64,000 nt of DNA from Bacteroidota bacterium (lineage in GTDB: Bacteria > Bacteroidota > Bacteroidia > Bacteroidales > SZUA-534): NCBI GenBank assembly GCA_003250355.1, contig QKGS01000052.1, forward strand, positions 1,908-65,907, in the 5' to 3' direction. Position numbers and translations under genes: made by a program. Of the stretch, positions 20,601 to 28,839 are shown piece by piece. Positions within the stretch are counted from its first letter, which is position 1; every line of letters begins with the position of its first letter. The notes beneath the pieces are model-generated. The model had not been told where the DNA came from. It ran no database searches and saw nothing but the letters and a program-made list of their open reading frames with translations.

Positions 20601-21096
20601 GAAAGAAACACTTGTTGATGGTACTGTTGTTTGGAACACTATTACAAAACTACCACTTATTACCACCGACGGTGAGTGTATCGGAACATTTGGTATATCA
20701 AAAAATGTAACACAAATAAAAGAACTGGAAGAACGTGTTGAACTTCAAAAAGTTGATATTGCAAATATTCTTAACGAAATACCGGCCGAAATATATCTTA
20801 AAGATAAAGATGGTGTTTATGTAGTTGCTAATAATGCTCGTGCAGCTCGCTTTGGCAAAACAGCCGATGAGTTAATAGGAAATACCGATGCTGTATTTAT
20901 GCCGGAAAATGAAGCAAAAAAGAATCAGGAAATTAACGAAAAACTTATAGCTTCGAATGAGACAATTGTTGAAACAGAGAAAGGGAATAAAGGGCAGATT
21001 ATTAAATTTATAAAAAAACCATTTGAAATTAAACATCTGAATACCCAAGGAGTAGTTGGCTTACGAATCGACATTGATGCTATTAAGAAAATATAG
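17650..21096 (+). CDS. Membrane sensor: Cache-like periplasmic domain, HAMP, GAF, coiled coil, four PAS domains; no recognisable output domain
   Basis: 1148 aa. TM1 at the N-terminus and TM2 at VFALVLVVVMVFVLI. The GAF core has GEGLVGR...VVPC...GVIEIASF. Three homologous PAS units plus a fourth divergent one. No HisKA, HATPase, GGDEF, EAL or MCP-signal motifs seen. Confidence 0.75.
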   Translation: MYIKNKFQLKILSFIIPVVVLVILLIGVFVALNNKSFILGKAQNYADMITLKDKEKVEGFFKLKAAEVEALSSMLSGKSMRLTPELDLLYDNILMGQVKNNASIGNVWVLWNSSFIHDSLLSQGWIWKNYSIKGIENTEIGSTESFEQRFENIIKSNSTGASDPFKENGRLVLVMGAPIKHITGIVGYVGIEVKLDELKTILENDNEVNYSSILSGSGLFIYDFNKKIIGQSFESSYPEIVEEIDVEKKISLGEKFYYKENIDGIDYYSNFEPFNIPGNTKKWSIKSTVPVGFIADGHSKSVLGSIVFALVLVVVMVFVLIKFITKIMEPVSSVNNALEILSTGNIKGVEVLDTKSNDELGQISGSLNTVIDSLLKTEKFAIEIGSDNLDSEYNVISEYDQLGKALLEMRSSLRNSRNEQEKRKLEEERNSWANVGIAKFSETLRKDTDDMKKLGFNLISNLIDYLNVNQGAMFVKAEVDDDQEDYFELATAIAYGRDKYMQKEIKMGEGLVGRSIYEQKTIYLTEIPDDYMNITSGLGTSTPKSILVVPCVLEQEVYGVIEIASFTEIEQHEIEFVEKLASSIASTIANVRMNEKTTKLLAASQHQSEELAAQEEELRQNLEEMEATQEDLKRQMEENSQMRVNLEKQNTLLDALLSSLPDFIYFKDEDCKFLRISDSMLHIFNAEQVGEVIGKSDFDFQPHELAKKYFDEEKQIMQSRNGFIDKIQKETLKDGSEVWSSITKLPLITANGDCIGTFGISKNITELKEIEVAASEQKALLDALLKTLPDYIYFKDRDCKFLRISNSMLELFDADTVDEVIGKTDFDFQKKEDAQEFYDEEQDIIKSRRGFTNKIVSAVKLDGTEAWYSISKLPLIGDNGKVIGTYGISKNITEYKYAELQAKKQNTLLDSLLDLLPDYIYFKDTESRFLRISKSMLHIFDADTVDEIIGKSDFDFQPKASAQVYYDEEKEIMRSRKGIVNKLLKETLVDGTVVWNTITKLPLITTDGECIGTFGISKNVTQIKELEERVELQKVDIANILNEIPAEIYLKDKDGVYVVANNARAARFGKTADELIGNTDAVFMPENEAKKNQEINEKLIASNETIVETEKGNKGQIIKFIKKPFEIKHLNTQGVVGLRIDIDAIKKI
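19597..20748 (+). repeat. Three in-frame tandem 384-bp (128-aa) PAS-domain repeats
   Basis: Units start at 19597, 19981 and 20365 (NTLLDALL / KALLDALL / NTLLDSLL). Each carries LPDxIYFKD...FLRIS.SML..F.A..V.E.IGK.DFDFQ...GISKN(I/V)T. Confidence 0.85.
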
Positions 21097-21201
21097 AATA
21101 TATTAACGTTCGATGTAAGGAAATGCTCAATATACTAATATTCTAATCTTTGTAATTATCATTGTTTAGTACAAAGTATCAAGATATGTGTAGTTGTTTT
21201 A

Positions 21202-21229
21202 CTTGATACTTGATACTTGATACTAATAT
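21202..21229 (+). repeat. Heptamer array (CTTGATA)x3 + CTAATAT
   Basis: Read directly from the sequence, in the convergent intergenic region between the sensor and the sigma factor gene. Same CTNGATN family as 50011-50059. Confidence 0.9.
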
Positions 21230-21297
21230 CCCACATTAGGATTTAAATAATAAATAATCAGTATATTCTTATATTGAACTGAGGTTATTAGAATAAT

Positions 21298-21325
21298 AAA
21301 GGCTGCCTTTTTAGACAGCCTTTTT
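21298..21325. terminator. Probable bidirectional terminator hairpin
   Basis: AAAGGCTG - 10-nt loop - CAGCCTTT followed by TT, located between convergent genes. Confidence 0.55.
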
Positions 21326-21365
21326 CATACAAAAACCATTTTGCTCTTGAAAGTAGATAGCGTTT

Positions 21366-21875
21366 TTATATATATTCTTCTCTGTATTCAGGTAAACTGT
21401 TCATTAGCTTTTGACGTGCAAAAAATATTTTACTTTTAACCGTTCCAATAGGTATATCGAGCTTTTCTGCAATTTCCTTATACTTAAAACCTTCGGTAAA
21501 CATTTGAAACGAAACCCTGAACTCTTCCGGTAAGCTGTCAACTTTCTTTTGTAACTCTTTATGAGCGTGTTCCGATTCAGGCGATATGGCTTCTTGTTTG
21601 TGTGGCAGATTCTCGTGGTTGTCTGTTTTATTAAAAATTGTATTCGATTTAGTGTTTCTGCGATAATTGTTTATAAAGGTATTCTTCATTATAGTATACG
21701 CCCAAGAATTAAAATTTCTTGGATCTGTAAATTTATTTTTATTTGACAAAGCCTTTAACATTGTTTCCTGAAGTAAGTCTTTAGCCTCTTCCCTGTCCGA
21801 TGTTAAGCTATATGCAAAATATTTGAGTTTGCTTTCCATGCCTAGCAAGCGTGTATTAAATTCTGTTGTTGTCAT
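21366..21875 (-). CDS. ECF-type RNA polymerase sigma-70 factor
   Basis: 169 aa. Region 2 has DLLQETMLKAL...WAYTIMKNTFINNYRR. Region 4 HTH is YKEIAEKLDIPIGTVKSKIFFARQKL. Confidence 0.9.
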   Translation of the reverse strand: MTTTEFNTRLLGMESKLKYFAYSLTSDREEAKDLLQETMLKALSNKNKFTDPRNFNSWAYTIMKNTFINNYRRNTKSNTIFNKTDNHENLPHKQEAISPESEHAHKELQKKVDSLPEEFRVSFQMFTEGFKYKEIAEKLDIPIGTVKSKIFFARQKLMNSLPEYREEYI

Positions 21876-22339
21876 AATATAAGTTTTAGAGAGTGTTTAA
21901 TTTATGTAGGCTTATGCTTAAACAAAAACCTGTATCAAAAATAATAAATACTTTTATTTAAATTCAGTATAAATAAAAATAAACGCAAATTTTATTTGTA
22001 AGCATTCTAAATAAAATACATTACTACATATGTTACACACACATAATCAATAAATTAAGGCTGACTACAACGTTTGCGTAGTTTAAAAACATAAATCCCA
22101 CACTCCTAGTATGTAAATATTTATATTTCGTGTAATGAAAACAAAAGTTGCCGTATAACATATAATTGTTTAATCTTTGTTAACAAAACGCTTACTGGTT
22201 GATATTATTTGTGAATGTTAGTGCCAATATTTACATTCGTATAATTAAATATTCAAGTAAAATATAGTGTGCCGGAGATTGTTTATTTAAAAATATTTCA
22301 ATATTAACACTGTATGCTACTACTAATAATATCAATACT

Positions 22340-25195
22340 TTGGAAACTTTTCTACAACAGGTAGCTTTTTATATTGCCAAACAAAATAATGACTATAATA
22401 AAGACTTAAAGATTGTTTTTCCTAACAGGCGATCAATAGTATTTTTCACAGAAGCTTTCAGAAACAATGCTAAAAATACTATGTGGATGCCCGAGTTGGT
22501 TACTATTTCCGACTTTGTTTCATCGTATTCAAATTTAGTGTCGGCTTCTGATATTTCATTATTGTTTGAATTATACAATACATATATCAAGCATAGCAAT
22601 AGCAAAGAATCATTCGATCAATTCTTTAACTGGGGTGAAATATTATTGAAAGATTTTGATGATATAGACAAATATTTGGTAAACCCCAATGCTGTTTTTA
22701 CCAATGTTAAAGATTTGAAAGAACTGGATAGCACACACTCTTTCTTAACCGATGAACAGATTGAGGTTTTAAAACGCTTTTTTAAAAATTTCACAGAAAG
22801 TGAAACAACCGTTTTAAAAAAGAGCTTTATGGAAGTATGGCAGGTAATGCTTCCGGTATATTTGTCGTACAATGAAATATTAAAATCGCGTAATTTGGCT
22901 TATGAAGGGGCTATTTTTCGACAAGCTTCTGAAAATGTAATAAAAACCAATACAAATGATTTGCCTAATGTAGCTTTTGTTGGTTTTAATGCAATAACCA
23001 AATGCGAAGAGGTAATATTTGAACACTTTAGCAAACATAATAAAGCAATTTTCTTTTGGGATTATGACCTGTTTTATATTAACGATAAATATCAGGAGGC
23101 AGGTTTATTTTTACGAAAGTATTTACAAAAGTTTCCATTACCAACCGATTTTATTCTAAAGTCAAAACTTGTAAGCAACGAAAAAGCAATACAGATAATA
23201 TCATCGTCGACTGACCATGGGCAAATATCGGTAGCATCGCAAATATTGTCAGACAGCAGTATTGATATTTCACAAACGGCTCTTGTACTTGCCAACGAAG
23301 AGCTGCTATTTCCGGTTATTAATAGCTTACCGGCTAATGTAACCTCTATAAATCCCACTATGGGATATTCTGTAATGAAAAGTAATGCCGGTTCATTTTG
23401 CAGTTTGTTTTTTAAGTTACACCAAAACAAGCGAATGTCAGCTAATGGTGTTTGTTCATACTATTATATATATGTATTGCGATTACTGAAGCACCCATTT
23501 TTTGTTACTTTAAGCAATAAAACAGCCAATGAGCTAATTAATAAAATAACCGAAAACAATATTTTTTACGTTAATGAAGAGTTGTTATGTACAATTCCTT
23601 TGTTGTCGGTTATGCTTAAAAAAAGTACTACCACAAGTGAGTTGCAAAATGTTTTTGAAAAAACATTGAGTATGGTAATAGACGAATATATTCAATTGGC
23701 AGAAAACAATAATACCATTGAGCTTGATTTGGAAATGCTGTATGAAACCAGAAAAATACACCGTCAGCTTGTTTCTGAACTTAGTCATAAAAAGCTTGAA
23801 CCGGAGCAGGCTACATATATTAAAATTTTCACAAAGCAGCTCCATTCACTCCGCATTCCTTTTGAAGGTGAAATGACCGGAGGCCTTCAGCTTATGGGAT
23901 TTCTTGAAACACGTAATCTCGATTTTGCTAATATTATTATACTCTCTGTCAATGAAGGACAGCTGCCATTAAATCAGGTCCGAACATCGTTTATACCTTA
24001 TTCGCTACGCAAAGGTTTTGGATTGCCCGATGCCGAAATGCATGGAGCTATGTATGCCTACTATTTCTTTCGCTTATTGCAACGAGCCACTAATGTTACA
24101 TTGGTTTACAACAATGGTGAATCGGGGCTCGATACCGGCGAACGAAGCCGATTTATTCCTCAGCTGATTTTTAACAACAACTTCAATACGATTGAGAAAA
24201 GTGTTCAACAAAGTATTAGCTCCTCTGTAAAAACAGATAATATTATTTATAAAAATGAGAGTATACAAAAATCGCTCAATGAATTTTTAAGTGGCGATAA
24301 TAAGCGAATACTATCGCCAAGCTCTATTGTACGTTATTTAACATGCCCACTCAAATTCTGCTATTACTCTTTACTCCGATTATATGAGCACGACGAGGTT
24401 GAAGAGAATGTTGATGCTCGAATATTTGGCAATATTTTCCATAAAGCTGCCGAAGATATTTACAAACCATATACCGATAATGGAAAGTTGCTAACTGAGC
24501 CGGAGTTTCAAAAGCTTGACGCCACCGATAATATACAAAAAATAGTAGCCGAAGCATTTAATGATTCATTTAATAAAAACGGGCTTGCAAACTTTCAAAT
24601 AGTAGGAAAAAACATATTGGTAGAGTCAGTAGTTGAGAGTTACTTACGTAAAATGCTTGAAATAGATAAACAATATGCCCCATTAAATATTTTGGAAACA
24701 GAAGGTGTACATTATAGTAATATCAATTTCTCGCTATCAGGTATAGAGCTATCGGTAAAAGTAGGCGGAACTATTGACCGTATTGATAGTTCTGCAAATG
24801 GAGTACGCATAATTGATTACAAAACAGGTAGCGATGAACTAGTATTTGATGAATTGAATGATGTATTTAACCCTTTAAAAATATCGAAAAACAAGGCTAT
24901 TTTACAAACATTTATATATTCATTGGTTTACTATCGCCAAACAAAAAGTGCTGTAATACGTCCATCTATTATGCAGGTGCGTAAATTATTTATACCCAAT
25001 CTTAAGGTTAATATTGAATCGAAAAAAGAAATAGGGTATGCATCGGGCAATTTTGTCGATATTGCTGAAGAATTTAATATAAAACTACAACATTTGCTGT
25101 CTGAAATATTCAATCCCGATATCCCTTTTACTGAAACAGTAGATAAAAAGAACTGTACTTACTGTGCTTATAAATTATTATGTGGCAAGGGTTGA
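22340..25195 (+). CDS. AddB-like PD-(D/E)xK nuclease with C-terminal Fe-S cysteine cluster
   Basis: 951 aa. Nuclease core GGTIDRID...RIIDYKTG. Cysteines LTCPLKFC ... CTYCAYKLLC give the C-x(n)-C-x2-C-x5-C pattern of AddB/Cas4-type nucleases. No intact Walker A seen. Confidence 0.75.
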   Translation: METFLQQVAFYIAKQNNDYNKDLKIVFPNRRSIVFFTEAFRNNAKNTMWMPELVTISDFVSSYSNLVSASDISLLFELYNTYIKHSNSKESFDQFFNWGEILLKDFDDIDKYLVNPNAVFTNVKDLKELDSTHSFLTDEQIEVLKRFFKNFTESETTVLKKSFMEVWQVMLPVYLSYNEILKSRNLAYEGAIFRQASENVIKTNTNDLPNVAFVGFNAITKCEEVIFEHFSKHNKAIFFWDYDLFYINDKYQEAGLFLRKYLQKFPLPTDFILKSKLVSNEKAIQIISSSTDHGQISVASQILSDSSIDISQTALVLANEELLFPVINSLPANVTSINPTMGYSVMKSNAGSFCSLFFKLHQNKRMSANGVCSYYYIYVLRLLKHPFFVTLSNKTANELINKITENNIFYVNEELLCTIPLLSVMLKKSTTTSELQNVFEKTLSMVIDEYIQLAENNNTIELDLEMLYETRKIHRQLVSELSHKKLEPEQATYIKIFTKQLHSLRIPFEGEMTGGLQLMGFLETRNLDFANIIILSVNEGQLPLNQVRTSFIPYSLRKGFGLPDAEMHGAMYAYYFFRLLQRATNVTLVYNNGESGLDTGERSRFIPQLIFNNNFNTIEKSVQQSISSSVKTDNIIYKNESIQKSLNEFLSGDNKRILSPSSIVRYLTCPLKFCYYSLLRLYEHDEVEENVDARIFGNIFHKAAEDIYKPYTDNGKLLTEPEFQKLDATDNIQKIVAEAFNDSFNKNGLANFQIVGKNILVESVVESYLRKMLEIDKQYAPLNILETEGVHYSNINFSLSGIELSVKVGGTIDRIDSSANGVRIIDYKTGSDELVFDELNDVFNPLKISKNKAILQTFIYSLVYYRQTKSAVIRPSIMQVRKLFIPNLKVNIESKKEIGYASGNFVDIAEEFNIKLQHLLSEIFNPDIPFTETVDKKNCTYCAYKLLCGKG

Positions 25196-25220
25196 TTATT
25201 TATTTTGAAAGTTAATTGGG

Positions 25221-25252
25221 TAAACAAAAACGGGCAACCATAAGATTGCCCG
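25221..25252 (-). terminator. Terminator hairpin downstream of tRNA-Pro (it also sits 3' of the plus-strand AddB-like gene)
   Basis: The minus strand reads CGGGCAA-TCTTATGG-TTGCCCG followed by TTTTTGTTT. Confidence 0.65.
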
Positions 25253-25256
25253 CTTG

Positions 25257-25331
25257 TCGGGGCAAGAAGATTCGAACTTCCGACCCCACGCCCCCCAGAC
25301 GTGTACTCTAACCTGACTGAGCTATGCCCCG
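25257..25331 (-). tRNA. tRNA-Pro (anticodon GGG)
   Basis: Hand-folded cloverleaf. Acceptor CGGGGCA/TGCCCCG. D arm GCTC...GAGT. Anticodon stem CACGT/GCGTG with loop CTGGGGG. T arm GGAAG-TTCGAAT-CTTCT. No encoded CCA. Confidence 0.85.
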
Positions 25332-25441
25332 ATTTTGTGCTGCAAAAGTAATTTTTTAAATATTATTTCAAAACCATATTTCTAAAAATCTTTATTTTAT
25401 TATATTGCTATTACCATTTTTCTTTATCATATTTGCACCCG

Positions 25442-25620
25442 TATGGTGGAATTTTCCTTTACTTGGAAAATCCTTAATATGGGAATCTCGTTAAAATCGA
25501 GAGCTGTACCCGCAGCCGTATGCCCGAACCAACACTTTGTTGGTTTGTATTTTCAAACTACAACCACTGGGTAACACCGGGAAGGAATTGAAAATCGGGA
25601 AAGCCGGAAGACCTGCCATA
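25442..25620 (+). ncRNA. Cobalamin (B12) riboswitch
   Basis: Conserved core AATATGGGAATCTCGTTAAAATCGAGAGCTGTACCCGCAGCCGTA, B12-box-like CAACCACTGGG...GGGAAGG, and AAAGCCGGAAGACCTGCCATA closing P1 with TATGG at 25442. Located upstream of the cbi operon. Confidence 0.85.
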
Positions 25621-25846
25621 TCTGTTATTACGTAACAATGCTTTCGGGAATAAAGGCTGCAATGATTCTTATTTTGAATTCATTCATAAAACTTTTATAA
25701 GCAACAAACTTTAGGGACTGATTTTTCTGTAAGTGGTTATTTAATATATACACCGTTTACCTGATTACAAAAAGCCTTATTTGTTGATTATACTTTACCT
25801 GCCTGCATTGTTTTTATTTGATTATTAATGATTTAAATAACATACT

Positions 25847-26215
25847 ATGCAAAAGGAATCAGTTATTATTTTGGGGCATGGCAGCAAATCGGCCGATGCT
25901 ATCAGCGACTTTAATTATATTGTTGAGCTTACTCGCCAAAAGAGTGGTAATAACCATGTATATGGAGCTCACATGGAGCTTGCAGAGCCATCGCTCGAAG
26001 ATACTATAGCTAAGGTAAATAACCTTGGTATAACACGAATAGTTATATTACCATACTTCCTATACAACGGCAACCACATTAAGGAAGATATTCCGGCTAT
26101 TATAAGCTCAATACAAAAAGAGTATCCTCATATGGAACTTTACTTTGGCACTCCAATAGGTAAAGAAGAGCTAATGGCCGAATTGATGGTTCGTAAAATC
26201 AATGCATATAATTAA
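25847..26215 (+). CDS. cbiX: Sirohydrochlorin cobaltochelatase, small form (CbiX-S)
   Basis: 122 aa. VIILGHGSKS...; single-domain CbiX size. First gene after the riboswitch. Confidence 0.75.
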   Translation: MQKESVIILGHGSKSADAISDFNYIVELTRQKSGNNHVYGAHMELAEPSLEDTIAKVNNLGITRIVILPYFLYNGNHIKEDIPAIISSIQKEYPHMELYFGTPIGKEELMAELMVRKINAYN

Positions 26216-26217
26216 TA

Positions 26218-26958
26218 ATGAACAAGTTCATTGTAACATTTGCACTATTGTCAGTATTGCCGTTTACCGGAAATGCTATGCACATAACCGAGGGGTTTCT
26301 ACCTCCGCAGTGGTCGGTTTTTTGGGCTGTGGTTTTTGTCCCTTTTTTTATTTTAGGACTTAGAAGCATAAAAAAACGGATTAATGATAATTCGGCCAAT
26401 AAGTTGCTAATAGCTGTTATGGGTGCTTTTGTTTTTGTGTTATCGTCGCTCAAGTTACCTTCTGTTGCCGGAAGCAGTTCTCATTTAACAGGTATTGCCC
26501 TGGGGGCTCTTTTAATCGGCTCTTCTTCTATGAGTGTACTTGGTATAATAGTACTTATATTTCAGTCTGTTCTTTTGGCTCATGGCGGAATTACCACATT
26601 AGGTGCAAATGCTTTTTCAATGGCTGTGGTTGGAAGTTTTACAGCAATAGCCATTTTTAAAGGTACGAGCGTATTTTTTAAAAATAAAAATATTGCCGTA
26701 TTTCTGGCTGCATTCTTTTCCGATATATCGGTTTATATATGCACATCGTTTCAGCTTGCTATGGCTTTTCAATCGGAGAGTGCACCGTTGTACAGCAATT
26801 TTATGAAATTTATATCGGTATTTGCCGTAACACAGTTACCACTTGCTATTATTGAAGGATTACTAACCGTACTGGCTCTGAAACTAATATTATCGGTAAG
26901 TAAAAACGACGATTTTATTTCGAGTAATAAATTCATGAAAGCATTAACAAAAAGCTAA
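26218..26958 (+). CDS. cbiM: Cobalt ECF transporter substrate component CbiM
   Basis: 246 aa. A signal-like leader is followed by MHITEGFLP, the metal-binding N-terminus of mature CbiM. Multi-pass membrane protein. Confidence 0.85.
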   Translation: MNKFIVTFALLSVLPFTGNAMHITEGFLPPQWSVFWAVVFVPFFILGLRSIKKRINDNSANKLLIAVMGAFVFVLSSLKLPSVAGSSSHLTGIALGALLIGSSSMSVLGIIVLIFQSVLLAHGGITTLGANAFSMAVVGSFTAIAIFKGTSVFFKNKNIAVFLAAFFSDISVYICTSFQLAMAFQSESAPLYSNFMKFISVFAVTQLPLAIIEGLLTVLALKLILSVSKNDDFISSNKFMKALTKS

Positions 26959-26961
26959 ACT

Positions 26962-27243
26962 ATGAAAATCATAAATAAAAAGGTAATGATTATTGCACTG
27001 GGTATATTTGTTGTTGTTGCTCAGGTAATTATAAGTATTTCTTTTGCCAACAATACCGGCACCGACGATAAATCGGTTGATGTTATAAACGAACTGGCAC
27101 CAAACTATAAACCATGGGCAAACAGTATATGGGAGCCCAAATGGGAATATTCCGAGCTTTTGCTTTTTGCGTTACAGGCATTAATTGGGGTTTCGGTATT
27201 TACATATTTTATATTAAAGCAAAAGTCAAAAACAGTTAAGTAG
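26962..27243 (+). CDS. cbiN: Cobalt transport protein CbiN
   Basis: 93 aa with two TM segments, positioned between cbiM and cbiQ. Confidence 0.75.
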   Translation: MKIINKKVMIIALGIFVVVAQVIISISFANNTGTDDKSVDVINELAPNYKPWANSIWEPKWEYSELLLFALQALIGVSVFTYFILKQKSKTVK

Positions 27244-27244
27244 C

Positions 27245-28006
27245 ATGAGTATTGCGGCACTATACAATTATAATCATAAACTTTGCAACGTTCCTGTTGG
27301 GATACGCTTATTATATTTTATTCCTGCTTTTATAATTGCAATGCTCAATAATTCAATACTCTTCAGCACCATTATAACAGTATTATTTTTTGTATTCACT
27401 ATTATTTTCACTTCTGTGTCATATAAGAAATTAGTGAAACTATACCTAATCCCTTTTACTTTTATACTTATTGGATGTATAACTATTGCTGTTTCATTTA
27501 GTGGAAGTAACTTAATATTTTCAATAGGAAAGCTAAAAATATTTGCCGATAGCGAAAATATAATAATAGCTCAATTATCGTTTTTTCGGAGCATAAGTAT
27601 TATTTCAATTGTTTTCGGAATACTGTTAACACATTCAATATCTGACATTTCGCTATTAATGAAAAAAGCAGGAATACCGGTTCTGTTTGTTGAAATATTT
27701 GTATTAACATATAAGTTTGTAAATAACCTTATTGTATTAAGCAAAATGCTATATACAGCACAAAAATGCAGGCTAGCTTATGCAAATAACAGAGGTAAAA
27801 TTAGTTCGTTTACTATGCTGATAACCAATATATTTCAACAATCGCTGGTGTATGCCCGAAATGTTGAAACAGCTCAGGCTGCCCGGGCAGGCAATGGTTC
27901 GTATATATTTATGAAAAAACCTCACACTTACAAATTCAATCAAACATTGATTCCTTTAGTTATAAATGGAGTTATTATATCACTTTATATAATTATTAAA
28001 GCATGA
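27245..28006 (+). CDS. cbiQ: ECF transporter transmembrane (T) component CbiQ
   Basis: 253-aa polytopic membrane protein. Its stop overlaps the cbiO start (ATGA). Confidence 0.75.
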   Translation: MSIAALYNYNHKLCNVPVGIRLLYFIPAFIIAMLNNSILFSTIITVLFFVFTIIFTSVSYKKLVKLYLIPFTFILIGCITIAVSFSGSNLIFSIGKLKIFADSENIIIAQLSFFRSISIISIVFGILLTHSISDISLLMKKAGIPVLFVEIFVLTYKFVNNLIVLSKMLYTAQKCRLAYANNRGKISSFTMLITNIFQQSLVYARNVETAQAARAGNGSYIFMKKPHTYKFNQTLIPLVINGVIISLYIIIKA

Positions 28007-28839
28007 ACAACATAATTAGTTTTCAAAATGTTGATTTTGTGTATCATTCAGGCACTAAGGCTCTGTGTAATATATCTATTAATATACCACGTGCGAAAAA
28101 AATTGCTTTAATAGGTGAAAATGGAGCCGGTAAGTCAACTTTAATGCTCCATTTGAATGGAATACTGAAACCAACTAATGGCAAAATTTTTTATAACTCA
28201 AACGAGTATCAATATTCAAAAAAAGAGCTCCTCAACTTACGCAAAAATGTAGGATTCCTTTTTCACGACCCTAATAATCAACTTATTGCTCCAACTGTAT
28301 ATGAAGAAATTACTTTTGGCTTATGCAACATTTCAAGTAACAAGGAGTGGATATATAACCAAGCCGATGCCATGATTGATGAATTTTGTTTGCATGAGCT
28401 AAAAAACAGGTCGCCGCACGAACTTAGTGCAGGACAAAAGAAGCGTGTTTGCCTTGCTTCTATTATTGCTATGGAACCTGAGCTTATTATTTGTGATGAA
28501 CCAACAGCAACGCTCGACCCTAAGAATGAGAAAATAACTTTTAATATTCTGAACAGGCTGAATAAAAACGGAAAAACAATTCTAATTTCAACTCACGATG
28601 TAAACCAAGCCTATGAATGGGCCGATTTTGTTATACTTATGAGTAAAGGCTCGGTTATTGATTCCGGACTGCCAAATGAAGTTTTTGCCAACGAAAAAAA
28701 GATGTTGCAAGCAGGTTTTGAAATTCCACACATTATTAAAACATGCTTGAGCCTGAAACCTGATATTAATAAAAATATGCTCCCAAAAAGTATGGACGAA
28801 TTAAATACATTTTTAAGTAAAACTATATGCAAGGCTTAA
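28003..28839 (+). CDS. cbiO: Cobalt ECF transporter ATPase CbiO
   Basis: 278 aa. Walker A GENGAGKST, signature LSAGQKKR, Walker B LIICDEP. Confidence 0.9.
   Translation: MNNIISFQNVDFVYHSGTKALCNISINIPRAKKIALIGENGAGKSTLMLHLNGILKPTNGKIFYNSNEYQYSKKELLNLRKNVGFLFHDPNNQLIAPTVYEEITFGLCNISSNKEWIYNQADAMIDEFCLHELKNRSPHELSAGQKKRVCLASIIAMEPELIICDEPTATLDPKNEKITFNILNRLNKNGKTILISTHDVNQAYEWADFVILMSKGSVIDSGLPNEVFANEKKMLQAGFEIPHIIKTCLSLKPDINKNMLPKSMDELNTFLSKTICKA

Noticed and set aside
26199-26453. Numerous antisense ORFs of 60-148 aa inside long genes, for example 26199-26453, 31041-31439, 32546-32959, 34736-35110, 48484-48930 and 54007-54429.
   Set aside because: Each is wholly contained within a well-supported gene on the other strand and lacks any recognisable motif. 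These are typical shadow ORFs.
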